A DNA stretch of 64,000 nt from positions 19,504-83,503 of the forward strand of contig UQXF01000001.1 of assembly GCA_900544905.1 (NCBI GenBank), written 5' to 3'. How positions within the stretch are numbered: the stretch's first letter is position 1; each line of letters starts with the position of its first letter. Both the position numbers and the translations under genes were made by a program. This document shows positions 21,697-31,737 of this stretch, piece after piece. The stretch comes from an uncultured Clostridium sp. (GTDB lineage Bacteria; Bacillota; Clostridia; Lachnospirales; Lachnospiraceae). Under the pieces are notes generated by a model. The model was given only the letters and a program-made list of their open reading frames with translations, did not search any database and was not told the origin of the DNA.

Positions 21697-22252
21697 AAAT
21701 CAGACCTGTCTGCCGCAACCTCCTCGCAGAGGAGTACATAATTTTCACTATCGGAAGCTCCTTAAGATTTCCATGCCTTTTGCTATTTTTGTATAGTATC
21801 AGCCATGTATAACAGGATGATTTTTGCACAACCTTACGCTTCCTTGAAAGCTGGATGTTTTTAGACATTTGCCCTTATTGTGCGTCTTACGTGAAAACTC
21901 ATGCCACAACAAGTGGTTTCTCTATTGGTTTGCAGACCCTGTGTGAACGCGGGCACTTGGAACCTGTTCCTTAGATTCCTAGTGTCCCTTGCGTTCTAAG
22001 CGGAGCAAAAGCGTGTCTGCAAACCAATGAGAACCACTGTGTGGCATTCAAACAATCACTTTGGACGCACATGGCAAATGTCTATAAAAACAGCAGCTTT
22101 CTAAGGAATCTAGTTGATTGCAAAAATCGTCACTGTTATACATGGCTGATACACTATACCATATGCAAAAGGCATAGATACATTTTCAGCTTCCGATAGT
22201 GAAAATTATATCTGGCAGCTTCGCTGCCACCAGCGGCAGACAGGTCTGATTT
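21697..22252. repeat. 556-bp foldback (imperfectly palindromic) element with perfect 20-bp terminal inverted repeats
   Basis: The ends aaatcagacctgtctgccgc (21697-21716) and gcggcagacaggtctgattt (22233-22252) are perfect reverse complements. The arms between them are roughly 75% reverse-complementary, with indels, converging on the central palindrome ggaac-ct-gttcc at 21959-21970. No ORF of 60 aa or more lies inside. Confidence 0.6.
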
Positions 22253-22274
22253 TTGTTATTCCGGGCATTTCGTT

Positions 22275-22715
22275 CTATGCTTCCCACTTAAAGACGATAA
22301 GTCCGGCAATTGCAATCACAATTCCGATAAGCTTAGATACGGAAAACGGCACCTTTTCCACACCAAACCAGCCAAACAGCTCAATCAGATAGCCCACTAA
22401 CACCTGGGTTATGACAATTGCCAGAATTGCCTTTGCCGGTCCCAGTGAAGCCATGCTCTGAATTACCGTAAATGTGATAAATGCACCAATCACGCCTCCT
22501 AACAGCATATATTTGTGGTCCACCTTAAACAAATCTCCAACCGGCACCTTCCCCTGCTCCGTAAACAAAAAGAAGCCTGCACATACAATAAATGCAGTCA
22601 GCTGGACAAAGCTGTTTGTCAGCCACGGACCTGTCTCCTTCGTCACTCCTGTGTTAAATACTCCCTGAATACTCATCAATGCGCCTGAAATGCAGGCAAT
22701 CAAAAAGCCCCACAT
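22275..22715 (-). CDS. Small DMT-superfamily membrane protein (DUF606/YdcZ-like)
   Basis: The 146-aa product has four predicted transmembrane segments. The start was trimmed to the M at 22715, with AGGAGGGA 6 nt upstream. Confidence 0.45.
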   Translation of the reverse strand: MWGFLIACISGALMSIQGVFNTGVTKETGPWLTNSFVQLTAFIVCAGFFLFTEQGKVPVGDLFKVDHKYMLLGGVIGAFITFTVIQSMASLGPAKAILAIVITQVLVGYLIELFGWFGVEKVPFSVSKLIGIVIAIAGLIVFKWEA

Positions 22716-22837
22716 ACATCTTCCCTCCTGTTTTACCATAATTTAGCATGGTGTACCATTTTCCGGCATGTCTCACCTGATTTTTAGAATAGTATGCGTG
22801 GCTTTCCTATGTTTTTATTCATTCCGCTTTAAAATCT

Positions 22838-24169
22838 TTATTTAATTTTCTGTTCCATGGTGCTCTGAAGCCAGTCTAACTGCTCCTTCGCATCCTTTCC
22901 ATCCCATATGGCATCAAAGGCAATCCCGCTTTCCGTCAGATAGTCTCCCAAAACCATAACCTTCGGAATCGGTTTTGAATTCAGATACTGGGCATATATA
23001 ACCTGCTGCATGGCGTCAAAGCCTTCCTTCTGGTTGATAACCGGCAGCTTTCCGTTGCCGGAATACTGGTCCTTTGCACATTCACAGCTCAGATAGAGGG
23101 CAAACATATTTCCCAGCGCAGTATCCTTTCCGTATGGATTGATAAATGCTCCATAGGTGGTGGAAAATGTGGTGGAAGAAAGCTCCTCGGTTAAACTCGG
23201 AACATAGGATACCTGGTAATTGGTAACATCCGTATCCTCTTCTGTATCACCTTCCGTATCCTCCTGGTTCTCCGCCTCTGTCTTCTGTTCTGTGCCCTGC
23301 ATTTCATAGAGAGTCGGCAGAATATCTGACTTACACAGACCCAATACCAGGGTGCCGTCCTTAATGCGGTTCATTACCGTATCGTGGGATATATTACTCT
23401 TATCCATCCACAGATAGGCGCTCAAGGACTGGAAATATTCCATGGCTGCAATGGATTTCTCATCATTTACCTTAAACTCCGATGCCGTATCTCCCTTTTC
23501 GCCAAACAGATTGGCATAGGATGCAATAAACATGCTGTTGATATAAGGGTCTGCCACATCCCACCGGAATACCGCCTTTGTGGAGCCGGTATCCTCGTAC
23601 GCATCCAGAAAAGTCAGGATATCGTCAATGGATGCCGGTGCATTTTCCAGCAGATTGGCATCATATACCAGACAATAGGTGTCAAAATACACCGGATATC
23701 CATACTGCTTATCCTGATATGTGACTGCGTCCTTTGCGACCTCCGGATAATTCTCTTTCCAGAATGCTTCATCCAGCCATGTATTTTCCTCCGCCATTCC
23801 ACTGTTTCTGGCAAGCTCTAACTGGTCGTTTCCCATCAGATAAACATCCGGCCCGTTTCCCTTCTGGTTTGCCTGGTTCATATCATCAAAAAAGCTGACT
23901 CCGTCATAATAGACCAGATTCACCTTAACGGAATACTCCTTTTCAAATTTTTCTGCCTCAGCTTCCAGCCATGCCTTATCCTCATTTCCGGTGTACCAGC
24001 AGGTCAGGTTATCCTCTGCTGCGCTCTGCTTCCACTGCTCCATCAGCCCATCATAGGTTACCGGTCCGGCATCCGTCTCCTTATTCTGCTGTTTGGGTGT
24101 CCCGCAGCCCGCCAGCAGACCGGTTATCAATATGCACATCAGCCAAAAGGCAATTGTTCTTTTTCCCAT
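22838..24169 (-). CDS. ABC transporter substrate-binding lipoprotein (family 1 solute-binding protein, sugar-type)
   Basis: The 443-aa product has a lipobox LLAGCG and an SBP_bac_1-like composition. No adjacent permease genes were found, so it is an orphan binding protein. Confidence 0.7.
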   Translation of the reverse strand: MGKRTIAFWLMCILITGLLAGCGTPKQQNKETDAGPVTYDGLMEQWKQSAAEDNLTCWYTGNEDKAWLEAEAEKFEKEYSVKVNLVYYDGVSFFDDMNQANQKGNGPDVYLMGNDQLELARNSGMAEENTWLDEAFWKENYPEVAKDAVTYQDKQYGYPVYFDTYCLVYDANLLENAPASIDDILTFLDAYEDTGSTKAVFRWDVADPYINSMFIASYANLFGEKGDTASEFKVNDEKSIAAMEYFQSLSAYLWMDKSNISHDTVMNRIKDGTLVLGLCKSDILPTLYEMQGTEQKTEAENQEDTEGDTEEDTDVTNYQVSYVPSLTEELSSTTFSTTYGAFINPYGKDTALGNMFALYLSCECAKDQYSGNGKLPVINQKEGFDAMQQVIYAQYLNSKPIPKVMVLGDYLTESGIAFDAIWDGKDAKEQLDWLQSTMEQKIK

Positions 24170-24184
24170 ATTTATCTCCTCCGT

Positions 24185-25075
24185 TTAAAACAACGGCTCC
24201 TTTAAAATTGCAGTTCCGATACCCTTTTCGGTAAAGAACTCCAGCAGCAGGCAGTGCTCTACCCGTCCATCCAGCACATGGACTCTTGACACACCGTTTT
24301 CAATGGCATCAATGCAATTGGTAAGCTTCGGCAGCATTCCGCCTCCCACAACCCCTTTTTCAATAAACGCCTTTGCCTCGTTAATATCCATCTCGGAAAT
24401 CAGCGTATTCCGGTCACTCGGGTCCACAAACACGCCCTCAATATCTGTGAGGAATACTAATTTTTCGGCAGAAATGGCCTTTGCCACCGCACAGGCAGCA
24501 TCATCCGCATTGATATTGTAGCTTTCAAAATCCTCAGAGGAGCCGATTGGCGCAATAACCGGTATAAAATCATTTTCGATTAACGTGTCTAAAACCTTGC
24601 TGTTTACAGTCTTAACCTCTCCCACATATCCAATGTCCTTTCCTCCAGGAAATTTCTTGGTTACCGTCATAAGTCCTGCATCCTTGCCGCTGATTCCCAC
24701 TGCATTGAGCCCTAACTTCTGCATCATCTGTACCAGCCCCTTATTCACCTTGGAAAGTACCATTTCAGCAATCTCCATGGTCTCAGAGTCTGTTACCCGC
24801 AGTCCGTTGATAAATTCCGGCTCTTTTCCGATTTTTTCTACCCATTTGCTGATTTCCTTTCCACCGCCATGTACAATAATCGGTTTCAGGCCAATCAGCT
24901 TTAACAGCGCCACATCCTTGATAACATTATACTTTAAATCCTCATCTAACATGGCGCTTCCACCATATTTTACCACAATCTTCTTTCCGTTAAATTTCTG
25001 TATATACGGCAGTGCCTCGATTAGAGTCTGTGCCTTTGCAATTACCTGGTCCATATTATTATTCTTGTTAATCAT
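24185..25075 (-). CDS. argB: Acetylglutamate kinase ArgB
   Basis: It contains the [21 protein letters not shown] motif. The start was chosen at the M at 25075, with GAAAGGA 7 nt upstream. Confidence 0.85.
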   Translation of the reverse strand: MINKNNNMDQVIAKAQTLIEALPYIQKFNGKKIVVKYGGSAMLDEDLKYNVIKDVALLKLIGLKPIIVHGGGKEISKWVEKIGKEPEFINGLRVTDSETMEIAEMVLSKVNKGLVQMMQKLGLNAVGISGKDAGLMTVTKKFPGGKDIGYVGEVKTVNSKVLDTLIENDFIPVIAPIGSSEDFESYNINADDAACAVAKAISAEKLVFLTDIEGVFVDPSDRNTLISEMDINEAKAFIEKGVVGGGMLPKLTNCIDAIENGVSRVHVLDGRVEHCLLLEFFTEKGIGTAILKEPLF

Positions 25076-25148
25076 TTTCTTATCCTTTCTCAACCCTTGA
25101 AATACTTATCTGTTGCAGCTCCTTAAAAGTTCATCCGGCAGCTGTCTT

Positions 25149-26189
25149 CTACGGAAACATCGGCGGCTGTTCTAATCCCATGGTCTCCGGAAGTCCAAAT
25201 ATCAGGTTCATATTCTGAACCGCCTGTCCTGCGGCTCCCTTCACCAGATTATCCAGTGCGCCCATCACAATGACACGCTTTGTTCTCTCGTCAATCTTAA
25301 AATTGATATCTACATAGTTACTGCCCTCCACCCATCTGGTTTCCGGTGGGACATCTTTGTCCAGAACCCTTATAAAATGTTCTTTTCCATAATACGTATC
25401 ATAAATTTCCTTCAGGGCTTCATATGTATAAGCCTTCGTCAGATTACCATAGGCTGTCACCAGGATTCCTCTGTTCATGGGTACTAAATGGGGGGTAAAA
25501 TTAAGCACGATTTCCTTTCCACAGGCATAGCCCAGCTGCTCCTCAATCTCCGGTGTATGCCGGTGTGTCGTAACACCGTATGCCTTAATATTCTCATTGA
25601 CCTCACAGTAAAGGTTGTTAATCTTTGCTCCCCTGCCGGCGCCGGAGGTTCCCGATTTTGCATCAATGATAATGCTGTCCGGGTCAATGACCCCTTCCTT
25701 TACCAGCGGATACAGGGATAAAATGGAACAGGTGGTATAGCATCCCGGATTTGCCACCAGACGTTTTCCCTTAATCTGCTCCCTGTTGATTTCACATAAT
25801 CCATACACTGCTTCTTTAATATATTCCGGGGATTTGTGTTCTATTCCATACCATTTTTCATAGGTCGCAACATCCTTAATGCGGAAATCCGCACTTAAGT
25901 CCACAATCTTAACCTTAGACAAAATTTCCTCATTTACCAAAGAAGCACATAATCCCTGGGGAGTGGCAGTAAAAATAACATCCGCCCTGTCAGCAAGCTC
26001 TTCCATGTTGTCATCCATGCATTTTGCATCTACAATTTCAAACATATTGCCAAAGACCTGATGGTACTGCTTGTCGATATAGCTTCTTGAGCCATACCAT
26101 ACAATCTCCGCCTCCTTATGTCCCAGTAATAATCTCACTAATTCCTGTCCTGCATAACCTGTAGAACCGATAATACCTGCCTTTATCAT
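25149..26189 (-). CDS. argC: N-acetyl-gamma-glutamyl-phosphate reductase ArgC
   Basis: It begins MIKAGIIGSTGYAGQELVRLL with a Rossmann fold. The catalytic Cys context is present. The track ORF has an 84-nt N-terminal extension that was trimmed. Confidence 0.85.
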   Translation of the reverse strand: MIKAGIIGSTGYAGQELVRLLLGHKEAEIVWYGSRSYIDKQYHQVFGNMFEIVDAKCMDDNMEELADRADVIFTATPQGLCASLVNEEILSKVKIVDLSADFRIKDVATYEKWYGIEHKSPEYIKEAVYGLCEINREQIKGKRLVANPGCYTTCSILSLYPLVKEGVIDPDSIIIDAKSGTSGAGRGAKINNLYCEVNENIKAYGVTTHRHTPEIEEQLGYACGKEIVLNFTPHLVPMNRGILVTAYGNLTKAYTYEALKEIYDTYYGKEHFIRVLDKDVPPETRWVEGSNYVDINFKIDERTKRVIVMGALDNLVKGAAGQAVQNMNLIFGLPETMGLEQPPMFP

Positions 26190-26377
26190 ATTGTTATCCT
26201 TTCTTCCTAATCCTTCATAGGCAATTGCGAAACTACCTATTTTCAAATGCGTAGTTATGCTGTTATAAACCACGGTTAAAACCCGGTTTCCTATTATAGC
26301 ACTCTTTTATTTCCGTGTATAGTAAGGAAATCCGGAAATCTTTCCGTGTATGCTATTTCATAATTATACATTCCAAA

Positions 26378-26444
26378 TGAATATTATGCAAGCATTTTCT
26401 ATTTCTAATAATTTTTTCTCCGAAAAAGGGTTGCATAATATTCA
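26378..26444. promoter_or_regulatory. Two ARG-box-like operators (candidate ArgR sites) in the divergent argC/argG intergenic region
   Basis: The sequences tgaatattatgca (26378-26390) and tgcataatattca (26432-26444) are exact reverse complements of each other and resemble the ARG box consensus TNTGAATWWWWATTCANW. Confidence 0.4.
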
Positions 26445-26493
26445 TTTTGGTTGTATATTAGTCAATAGATATTTTGAAGGAGGACTTTTTACA

Positions 26494-27705
26494 ATGAAAG
26501 AAAAAGTAATTTTAGCTTATTCCGGCGGACTTGACACAACTGCCATTATCCCTTGGCTAAAGGAGAATTATGATTATGAAGTAATCTGCGTATGTATCGA
26601 CGTTGGACAGGAAAGCGAATTGGAGGGTCTGGAGGAAAGAGCAATCTCCTGTGGTGCTTCCAAATGTTATGTATTAGATGTAGTCGATGAGTTCTGTGAT
26701 GATTATATTGTTCCTACCGTCCAGGCAGGCGCTGTATATGAGAATAAATATCTGCTGGGTACTTCTATGGCAAGACCATTAATCGGTAAGGTTTTAGTAG
26801 ACATCGCTCACAAGGAAGGCGCTACTGCCATCTGCCACGGCGCTACCGGTAAGGGAAATGACCAGGTTCGTTTCGAGCTTGCCATCAAGGCATTTGGTCC
26901 GGAGCTTAAGATTATTGCAGCATGGAGACAGGATGCATGGACCATGAATTCCCGCGAGGAAGAGATTGCATACTGCCAGCAGCATGGTATCAATTTACCG
27001 TTCTCAGCAGATTCTTCCTATAGCCGTGACCGCAACTTATGGCACATCAGCCACGAAGGTCTTGAACTGGAGGACCCTGCAAATGAACCAAACTACGAGC
27101 ATTTACTCGTTCTTGGTACATATCCGGAAAAGGCACCGGATGAAGCTGAATATGTTACCCTTACCTTTGAAAAGGGTGTTCCAAAGTCTGTAAACGGCAA
27201 GGAAATGAAGGTTTCTGACATCATCCGTGAATTAAACCGCTTAGGCGGCAAGCATGGCATTGGCATTGTGGATATCGTAGAGAACCGTGTTGTTGGTATG
27301 AAATCCCGCGGTGTATACGAAACTCCGGGCGGAACCATTCTGATGGAGGCACATACCCAGTTAGAGGAGTTAATTCTTGACCGTGAAACATTGGCATTCA
27401 AGAAGACCATTGGCGACAAATTCGCTGACGTAGTATATGAGGGTAAATGGTGGTCACCACTCCGTGAAGCATTACAGGCATTTGTAGAGTCTACCCAGGA
27501 GCGTGTAACCGGTGAGGTAAAATTAAAGCTTTACAAGGGCAATATCATCAAAGCCGGCACAACCTCTCCATATTCCCTGTATTCTGAATCCCTTGCAAGC
27601 TTCACAACCGGTGATTTATATGACCACAAGGATGCAGAGGGCTTCATCAATCTGTTTGGACTTTCCACAAAGGTTCGTGCAATGCTGGATGCAGAGCGCA
27701 AATAG
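26494..27705 (+). CDS. argG: Argininosuccinate synthase ArgG
   Basis: The N-terminus is [16 protein letters not shown] (PP-loop). GAAGGAGGA sits 7 nt upstream of the ATG at 26494. The track ORF has a spurious 48-codon extension. Confidence 0.9.
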   Translation: MKEKVILAYSGGLDTTAIIPWLKENYDYEVICVCIDVGQESELEGLEERAISCGASKCYVLDVVDEFCDDYIVPTVQAGAVYENKYLLGTSMARPLIGKVLVDIAHKEGATAICHGATGKGNDQVRFELAIKAFGPELKIIAAWRQDAWTMNSREEEIAYCQQHGINLPFSADSSYSRDRNLWHISHEGLELEDPANEPNYEHLLVLGTYPEKAPDEAEYVTLTFEKGVPKSVNGKEMKVSDIIRELNRLGGKHGIGIVDIVENRVVGMKSRGVYETPGGTILMEAHTQLEELILDRETLAFKKTIGDKFADVVYEGKWWSPLREALQAFVESTQERVTGEVKLKLYKGNIIKAGTTSPYSLYSESLASFTTGDLYDHKDAEGFINLFGLSTKVRAMLDAERK

Positions 27706-27735
27706 AGTATAACCCCAAAAACAGATTATATGAAA

Positions 27736-27779
27736 CAGTGCGCAGGCCGCTTTGACCTGCGCACTGCTATTTTATTTTC
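27736..27779. terminator. Bidirectional terminator between argG and apt
   Basis: The hairpin cagtgcgcagg-N9-cctgcgcactg is flanked by T-runs on both strands. Confidence 0.6.
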
Positions 27780-28305
27780 CATCATATACAAGAAGAGAAT
27801 CCACATCATAGTTCCGGAGTTTTTCCCTGCCCTTCAGACCAGCCAGCTCCATTACAAACTGAATCTTCACGACCTCACCGCCAAGACTTTCTACCATCTG
27901 GATAATCGCCTCAATGGTTCCACCTGTTGCCACAAGGTCATCTATTATGACAACCTTATCGCCCGGCTTAATGGCATCCTTATGCATCTCAATAACAGCG
28001 GTTCCATATTCCAGGGCATATTCCTTCTGAATTGTCTCACATGGCAACTTTCCCTTTTTACGGACGGGTACAAATCCCTTTCCCAATGTATAGGCAACCG
28101 GCATTCCAAAAATAAATCCCCTGGATTCGGGGCCTATGACAATATCAAAATCCACATCCTTAAGACTGTCTATCATTCCGTCAATCGACTTTTTAAGCCC
28201 CTCCGGGCTCTGGATAATAGAGGTAATATCACGAAAAATAATTCCTTTCTCCGGGAAATCCGGAATACTCCTTACATACTGGTCAATTCCACATCTGTCC
28301 TGCAT
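27772..28305 (-). CDS. apt: Adenine phosphoribosyltransferase
   Basis: The product begins MQDRCGIDQYVRSIPDFPEKGIIFRDIT... and has the PRTase motif VVIIDDLVATGGT. The start was trimmed to the M at 28305, with AGGAGGA upstream. Confidence 0.85.
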   Translation of the reverse strand: MQDRCGIDQYVRSIPDFPEKGIIFRDITSIIQSPEGLKKSIDGMIDSLKDVDFDIVIGPESRGFIFGMPVAYTLGKGFVPVRKKGKLPCETIQKEYALEYGTAVIEMHKDAIKPGDKVVIIDDLVATGGTIEAIIQMVESLGGEVVKIQFVMELAGLKGREKLRNYDVDSLLVYDGK

Positions 28306-28388
28306 TTTATCTCCTCCTGGTTTTCGCTTATCTTTTGCCAGCTTTAGAATAGCACACCTTGATTTCCCATGCAAGGATTTCATTGCAT

Positions 28389-28922
28389 TTATTGTATGAT
28401 TTGTCCTGCAATCAGCACACTGACCATAACGCTGCATATGGCGATGGCGATTCCTGCCGGAATGGTCCATCTGGACTTACTGATGCCGATACTCATAAAA
28501 TATACTGAAATTGTATAGAATAAAGTCTCTGTACAGCTTAACAGGATGGAGGCGGTCATGCCAATACAGGAATCTGTTCCGAACTCCTTAAAGATATCAA
28601 ACAACAGTCCATTTGCCCCTGATGCCGAAAACATTTTCACAATGCTAAGGGGAATAATTTCAACCGGAATATGGAAAATACCAGCCAGCGGCGCTAACAG
28701 TTCACTAATCAAATCCAGCGTACCCGATGTCCTTAAAACCCCTACCGCCACAAGCAGCCCCACGATGGTGGGCGCAATTTCCACAATAATCTGAAATCCC
28801 TTTTTTCCACCCTCAATAAAATCCTCAAAAACAGGCTTTTTATTAAAGACGCCATATCCTACAATATAAAAAATAATCAGCGGAATCATGAATACAGAAA
28901 GAAAATCCAGAATTTTAACCAT
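28389..28922 (-). CDS. spmB: Spore maturation protein B (nucleoside-recognition/Gate-domain membrane protein)
   Basis: The 177-aa membrane protein is paired with an upstream SpmA-like gene. Its sequence matches the Gate/SpmB family. Confidence 0.65.
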   Translation of the reverse strand: MVKILDFLSVFMIPLIIFYIVGYGVFNKKPVFEDFIEGGKKGFQIIVEIAPTIVGLLVAVGVLRTSGTLDLISELLAPLAGIFHIPVEIIPLSIVKMFSASGANGLLFDIFKEFGTDSCIGMTASILLSCTETLFYTISVYFMSIGISKSRWTIPAGIAIAICSVMVSVLIAGQIIQ

Positions 28923-28933
28923 ATAGCCGCCTC

Positions 28934-29539
28934 CTATCCCCTGCCGCCCTTAACCGGTAATTTACACATTAATTTGCAGATAATAAAAGCCAGTCCCGTG
29001 GTAACGGCAGTCGCCAGCAATGCCGGTCCGACAACCGCCACAGGATTGGCGCTTCCATACTGGCTGCGGTAAGCAATCATGTTAATGGGAATTAACTGCA
29101 GCGAAGAAATATTGAGAAGCAAAAAGGTACACATCTCATCACTGGCGGTATTTATATCTCCACCCCGCTCCTCCTCTAACTGTCTCAATGCCTTCATCGC
29201 CTGGATTCCCGTAGGGGTACATGCCCACCCCAGCCCTAAGAAATTGGCAATAAAATTGGCAGATATATAGGATGCCGCACTATGGTCCAGGGGAAGCCGT
29301 GGAAATAAAAGCTTTAACAACGGCTTCATTTTATGGGTCATTTTTTCAATCAGACCGGAATTTTGCGCAATAAACAGCATTCCGTTCCACATACTGACAA
29401 CCCCAGCCATGACAAATAATAATTCCACCGCTTCCTTTGATGATGCAATCACGCCCTCGCATACCGCTCCCAGATTCCCCTGAAATGCCGCAACAACGAT
29501 TCCCACTAAAATCATTCCCGCCCATAGATAATTCAGCAT
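28934..29539 (-). CDS. spmA: Spore maturation protein A
   Basis: The product begins MLNYLWAGMILVGIVVAAFQGN... typical of SpmA. The start was trimmed to avoid overlap with the upstream gene. Confidence 0.65.
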   Translation of the reverse strand: MLNYLWAGMILVGIVVAAFQGNLGAVCEGVIASSKEAVELLFVMAGVVSMWNGMLFIAQNSGLIEKMTHKMKPLLKLLFPRLPLDHSAASYISANFIANFLGLGWACTPTGIQAMKALRQLEEERGGDINTASDEMCTFLLLNISSLQLIPINMIAYRSQYGSANPVAVVGPALLATAVTTGLAFIICKLMCKLPVKGGRG

Positions 29540-29598
29540 ATAATTCCTCTCAAATAGTGCTTCATTGAAAGTATACGGGAAAATCCGTAAAAATAGAA

Positions 29599-30354
29599 CT
29601 ACCCTCTCTTTATGGGATAAATATGAAATGTTTTTTGTACATTGCTCAATATTCCCTGCCAGAATGCCACAACGCACATGCAAAACAGAAAATAGCCTGC
29701 CCGGTACCATTTTTCCCCGGTAATATTTAAAATCCAGACCAGAGGTGAACCGTGGGAGGGCTTATTTAAAAACCAGAAATTCGTCCCCAGTATATTATTC
29801 ATCCAGTGAAGAAGAATAAATCCGGCCATTCCAAACACAACGGGCATCCAGAAATCCCTCCACTCCGGAACCACCTTGTCCGACACAATAAGCCAGATTC
29901 CAAATGCCACGATTAACCCGTGGGAAAGAAACGCATGAATATGCATATAGTTAAAAAACGGATACGCCTCCCAATTTGGGAACAGCAATGCACCGGCAGC
30001 TCCCGGAACACAGAGTAGCACATAAATCACACCCCAGAAGCGTTTTTCCGTCCAGATATAGAGCACAGCAATCCAAAGCGCCATACTGCACAGATGAAAC
30101 GGCAGAAATCCACTGTCAAAATATCCCGTTATAATAAGAACCGTATCCCGGTAAACAGCCATCACCGGAAACAGAATACCTATAATCCGGTTTACCTTTT
30201 TCTGTTTTTCTGCACTCTGCTCCACATACCAGCCTCCGCTTATGACAGTAAATATCAGTATGCCCAAAAGCCATAGCACATGACACATTCCAAACAGCTC
30301 AAATCCGCTTCCAGCTGGCAGCTCTGTCTCAAATAAAAAAAAATCCTTCATCAT
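29599..30354 (-). CDS. Polytopic membrane protein of unknown function (possibly TIGR02206/YwaF-like)
   Basis: The 251-aa product has about seven hydrophobic helices and conserved His residues. The family assignment is tentative. Confidence 0.35.
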   Translation of the reverse strand: MMKDFFLFETELPAGSGFELFGMCHVLWLLGILIFTVISGGWYVEQSAEKQKKVNRIIGILFPVMAVYRDTVLIITGYFDSGFLPFHLCSMALWIAVLYIWTEKRFWGVIYVLLCVPGAAGALLFPNWEAYPFFNYMHIHAFLSHGLIVAFGIWLIVSDKVVPEWRDFWMPVVFGMAGFILLHWMNNILGTNFWFLNKPSHGSPLVWILNITGEKWYRAGYFLFCMCVVAFWQGILSNVQKTFHIYPIKRG

Positions 30355-30375
30355 TTCTGTTCTCCCTGGAAAAGG

Positions 30376-31590
30376 TTAAAAGGATAACAGCATCCGGATT
30401 CTGCTTTTCACCAAAGTATCCGTCCCACTGGCATCATAATCTACGCTGATGTACTGCGTGTCCGGAAGCTTTCTGCGAATAGCTGGATACAGCCCCCTTC
30501 CACATACATGGCTTGGCAGACATCCAAAGGGCTGTCCACAGATAATCCGGTTATATCCATTCAGTGCATGATTGGCAAACTCCGCCCCAATCAGCCAGCC
30601 GTCTCCAATGGAGCACTGATAAGTAACATATCCCGCTGCCTTTTCCTTAAACACATCATAGGCATCCATACAGTAAAAGCCCTGCTCCTTAAGTGCATTT
30701 ACCATATCCCGCTGCAGCTTTAAAAAGTACCCAAACACCCTGCGCTCTGCCTCCACGGCAAGCCCATTTTTTGATATTCCGCCCTCTGAGAGCAGATGGG
30801 TATCCATGTAATAAAGTGCATACCATGTAATGCCATTTATATAGTATTCACAGTTCTGCCCTTTTAAATACTCCTCCAGATTCCAGTTTCCCAGGTGGCA
30901 GTATTTGATATACAGTTCTCCCACAACCCCAAGCTTCAATACCTTTTTTTCTGTCCTGGAAATCCCCTTAAAATCCGTTACAATTTCCGAAAATCTTTTC
31001 CTGAGTGCATTCCCGGACAGTCTTTTACCCTGTTTTAAATCCTCTGCCAGTATCTTAATCCATTTATCATAACGCTGCCTTGTCTCCCCGGCATTGGCTT
31101 CATACGGCTCTGTCTGGTTTGAAAGAATCATCAACAAATCGCCGTAATAGGCAGCCGCCACCGCCCGGATTAACATATCCGGTGTAATGGGCAGGCTATG
31201 CTTTTTTTCCAGTCCCGTCACGTTTAAGGATATCACCGGCACCATGGAATAGCCGGCGTCATCCAGCGCCTTCCGAATCATGGGAATATAATTGGAGCCC
31301 CTGCAGGCATCCCCCGCCTGGGGCTCTAAAACTACTGTGTGGTTTACATCATATTTTCCGCTCTGCAGGGTCTTTAAAATCTGCCCCACAATCAAAATGC
31401 CCGGATAACACAAATCGTTATGTGCATATTTTAATCCAAGATTGGTAATCCCTTCTGTCTCCTCCATAATTACCGGACGGTATTTCCTGGAATAAAAGGC
31501 ATACTTTAATAAAGGAAAATGGGCATCCAGCATCGCCGGTATCAAAAGAGTATATTTTTCATTGTGTTCTTCCTCTTTAATCCGATACAT
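30376..31590 (-). CDS. Acyl-CoA dehydratase activase-related protein (DUF2229 family)
   Basis: It carries the LIPAMLDAHFPL...YAHNDLCYP motifs characteristic of DUF2229. The start was trimmed to the M at 31590, with AAGGGAG 7 nt upstream. Confidence 0.4.
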   Translation of the reverse strand: MYRIKEEEHNEKYTLLIPAMLDAHFPLLKYAFYSRKYRPVIMEETEGITNLGLKYAHNDLCYPGILIVGQILKTLQSGKYDVNHTVVLEPQAGDACRGSNYIPMIRKALDDAGYSMVPVISLNVTGLEKKHSLPITPDMLIRAVAAAYYGDLLMILSNQTEPYEANAGETRQRYDKWIKILAEDLKQGKRLSGNALRKRFSEIVTDFKGISRTEKKVLKLGVVGELYIKYCHLGNWNLEEYLKGQNCEYYINGITWYALYYMDTHLLSEGGISKNGLAVEAERRVFGYFLKLQRDMVNALKEQGFYCMDAYDVFKEKAAGYVTYQCSIGDGWLIGAEFANHALNGYNRIICGQPFGCLPSHVCGRGLYPAIRRKLPDTQYISVDYDASGTDTLVKSRIRMLLSF

Positions 31591-31737
31591 AGAGGTACTC
31601 CCTTCTTGCAATAAGAAAATTTAGGTAATTGCGAAACTCTTTATTTTCAAAATCTAGTTGTGCAATATACAAATCCTTTTTCTATATTGCATTATACCCT
31701 GTTTTACCTGATTCCAAACATATACCCTTTTGTTATA

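Noticed and set aside
25149-28470. N-terminal extensions of the track ORFs for argC (to 26273), argG (from 26350) and apt (to 28470)
   Set aside because: Internal ATGs with strong Shine-Dalgarno sequences (26189, 26494, 28305) give N-termini that match the conserved starts of these families. The extensions are non-conserved and read through promoter regions.
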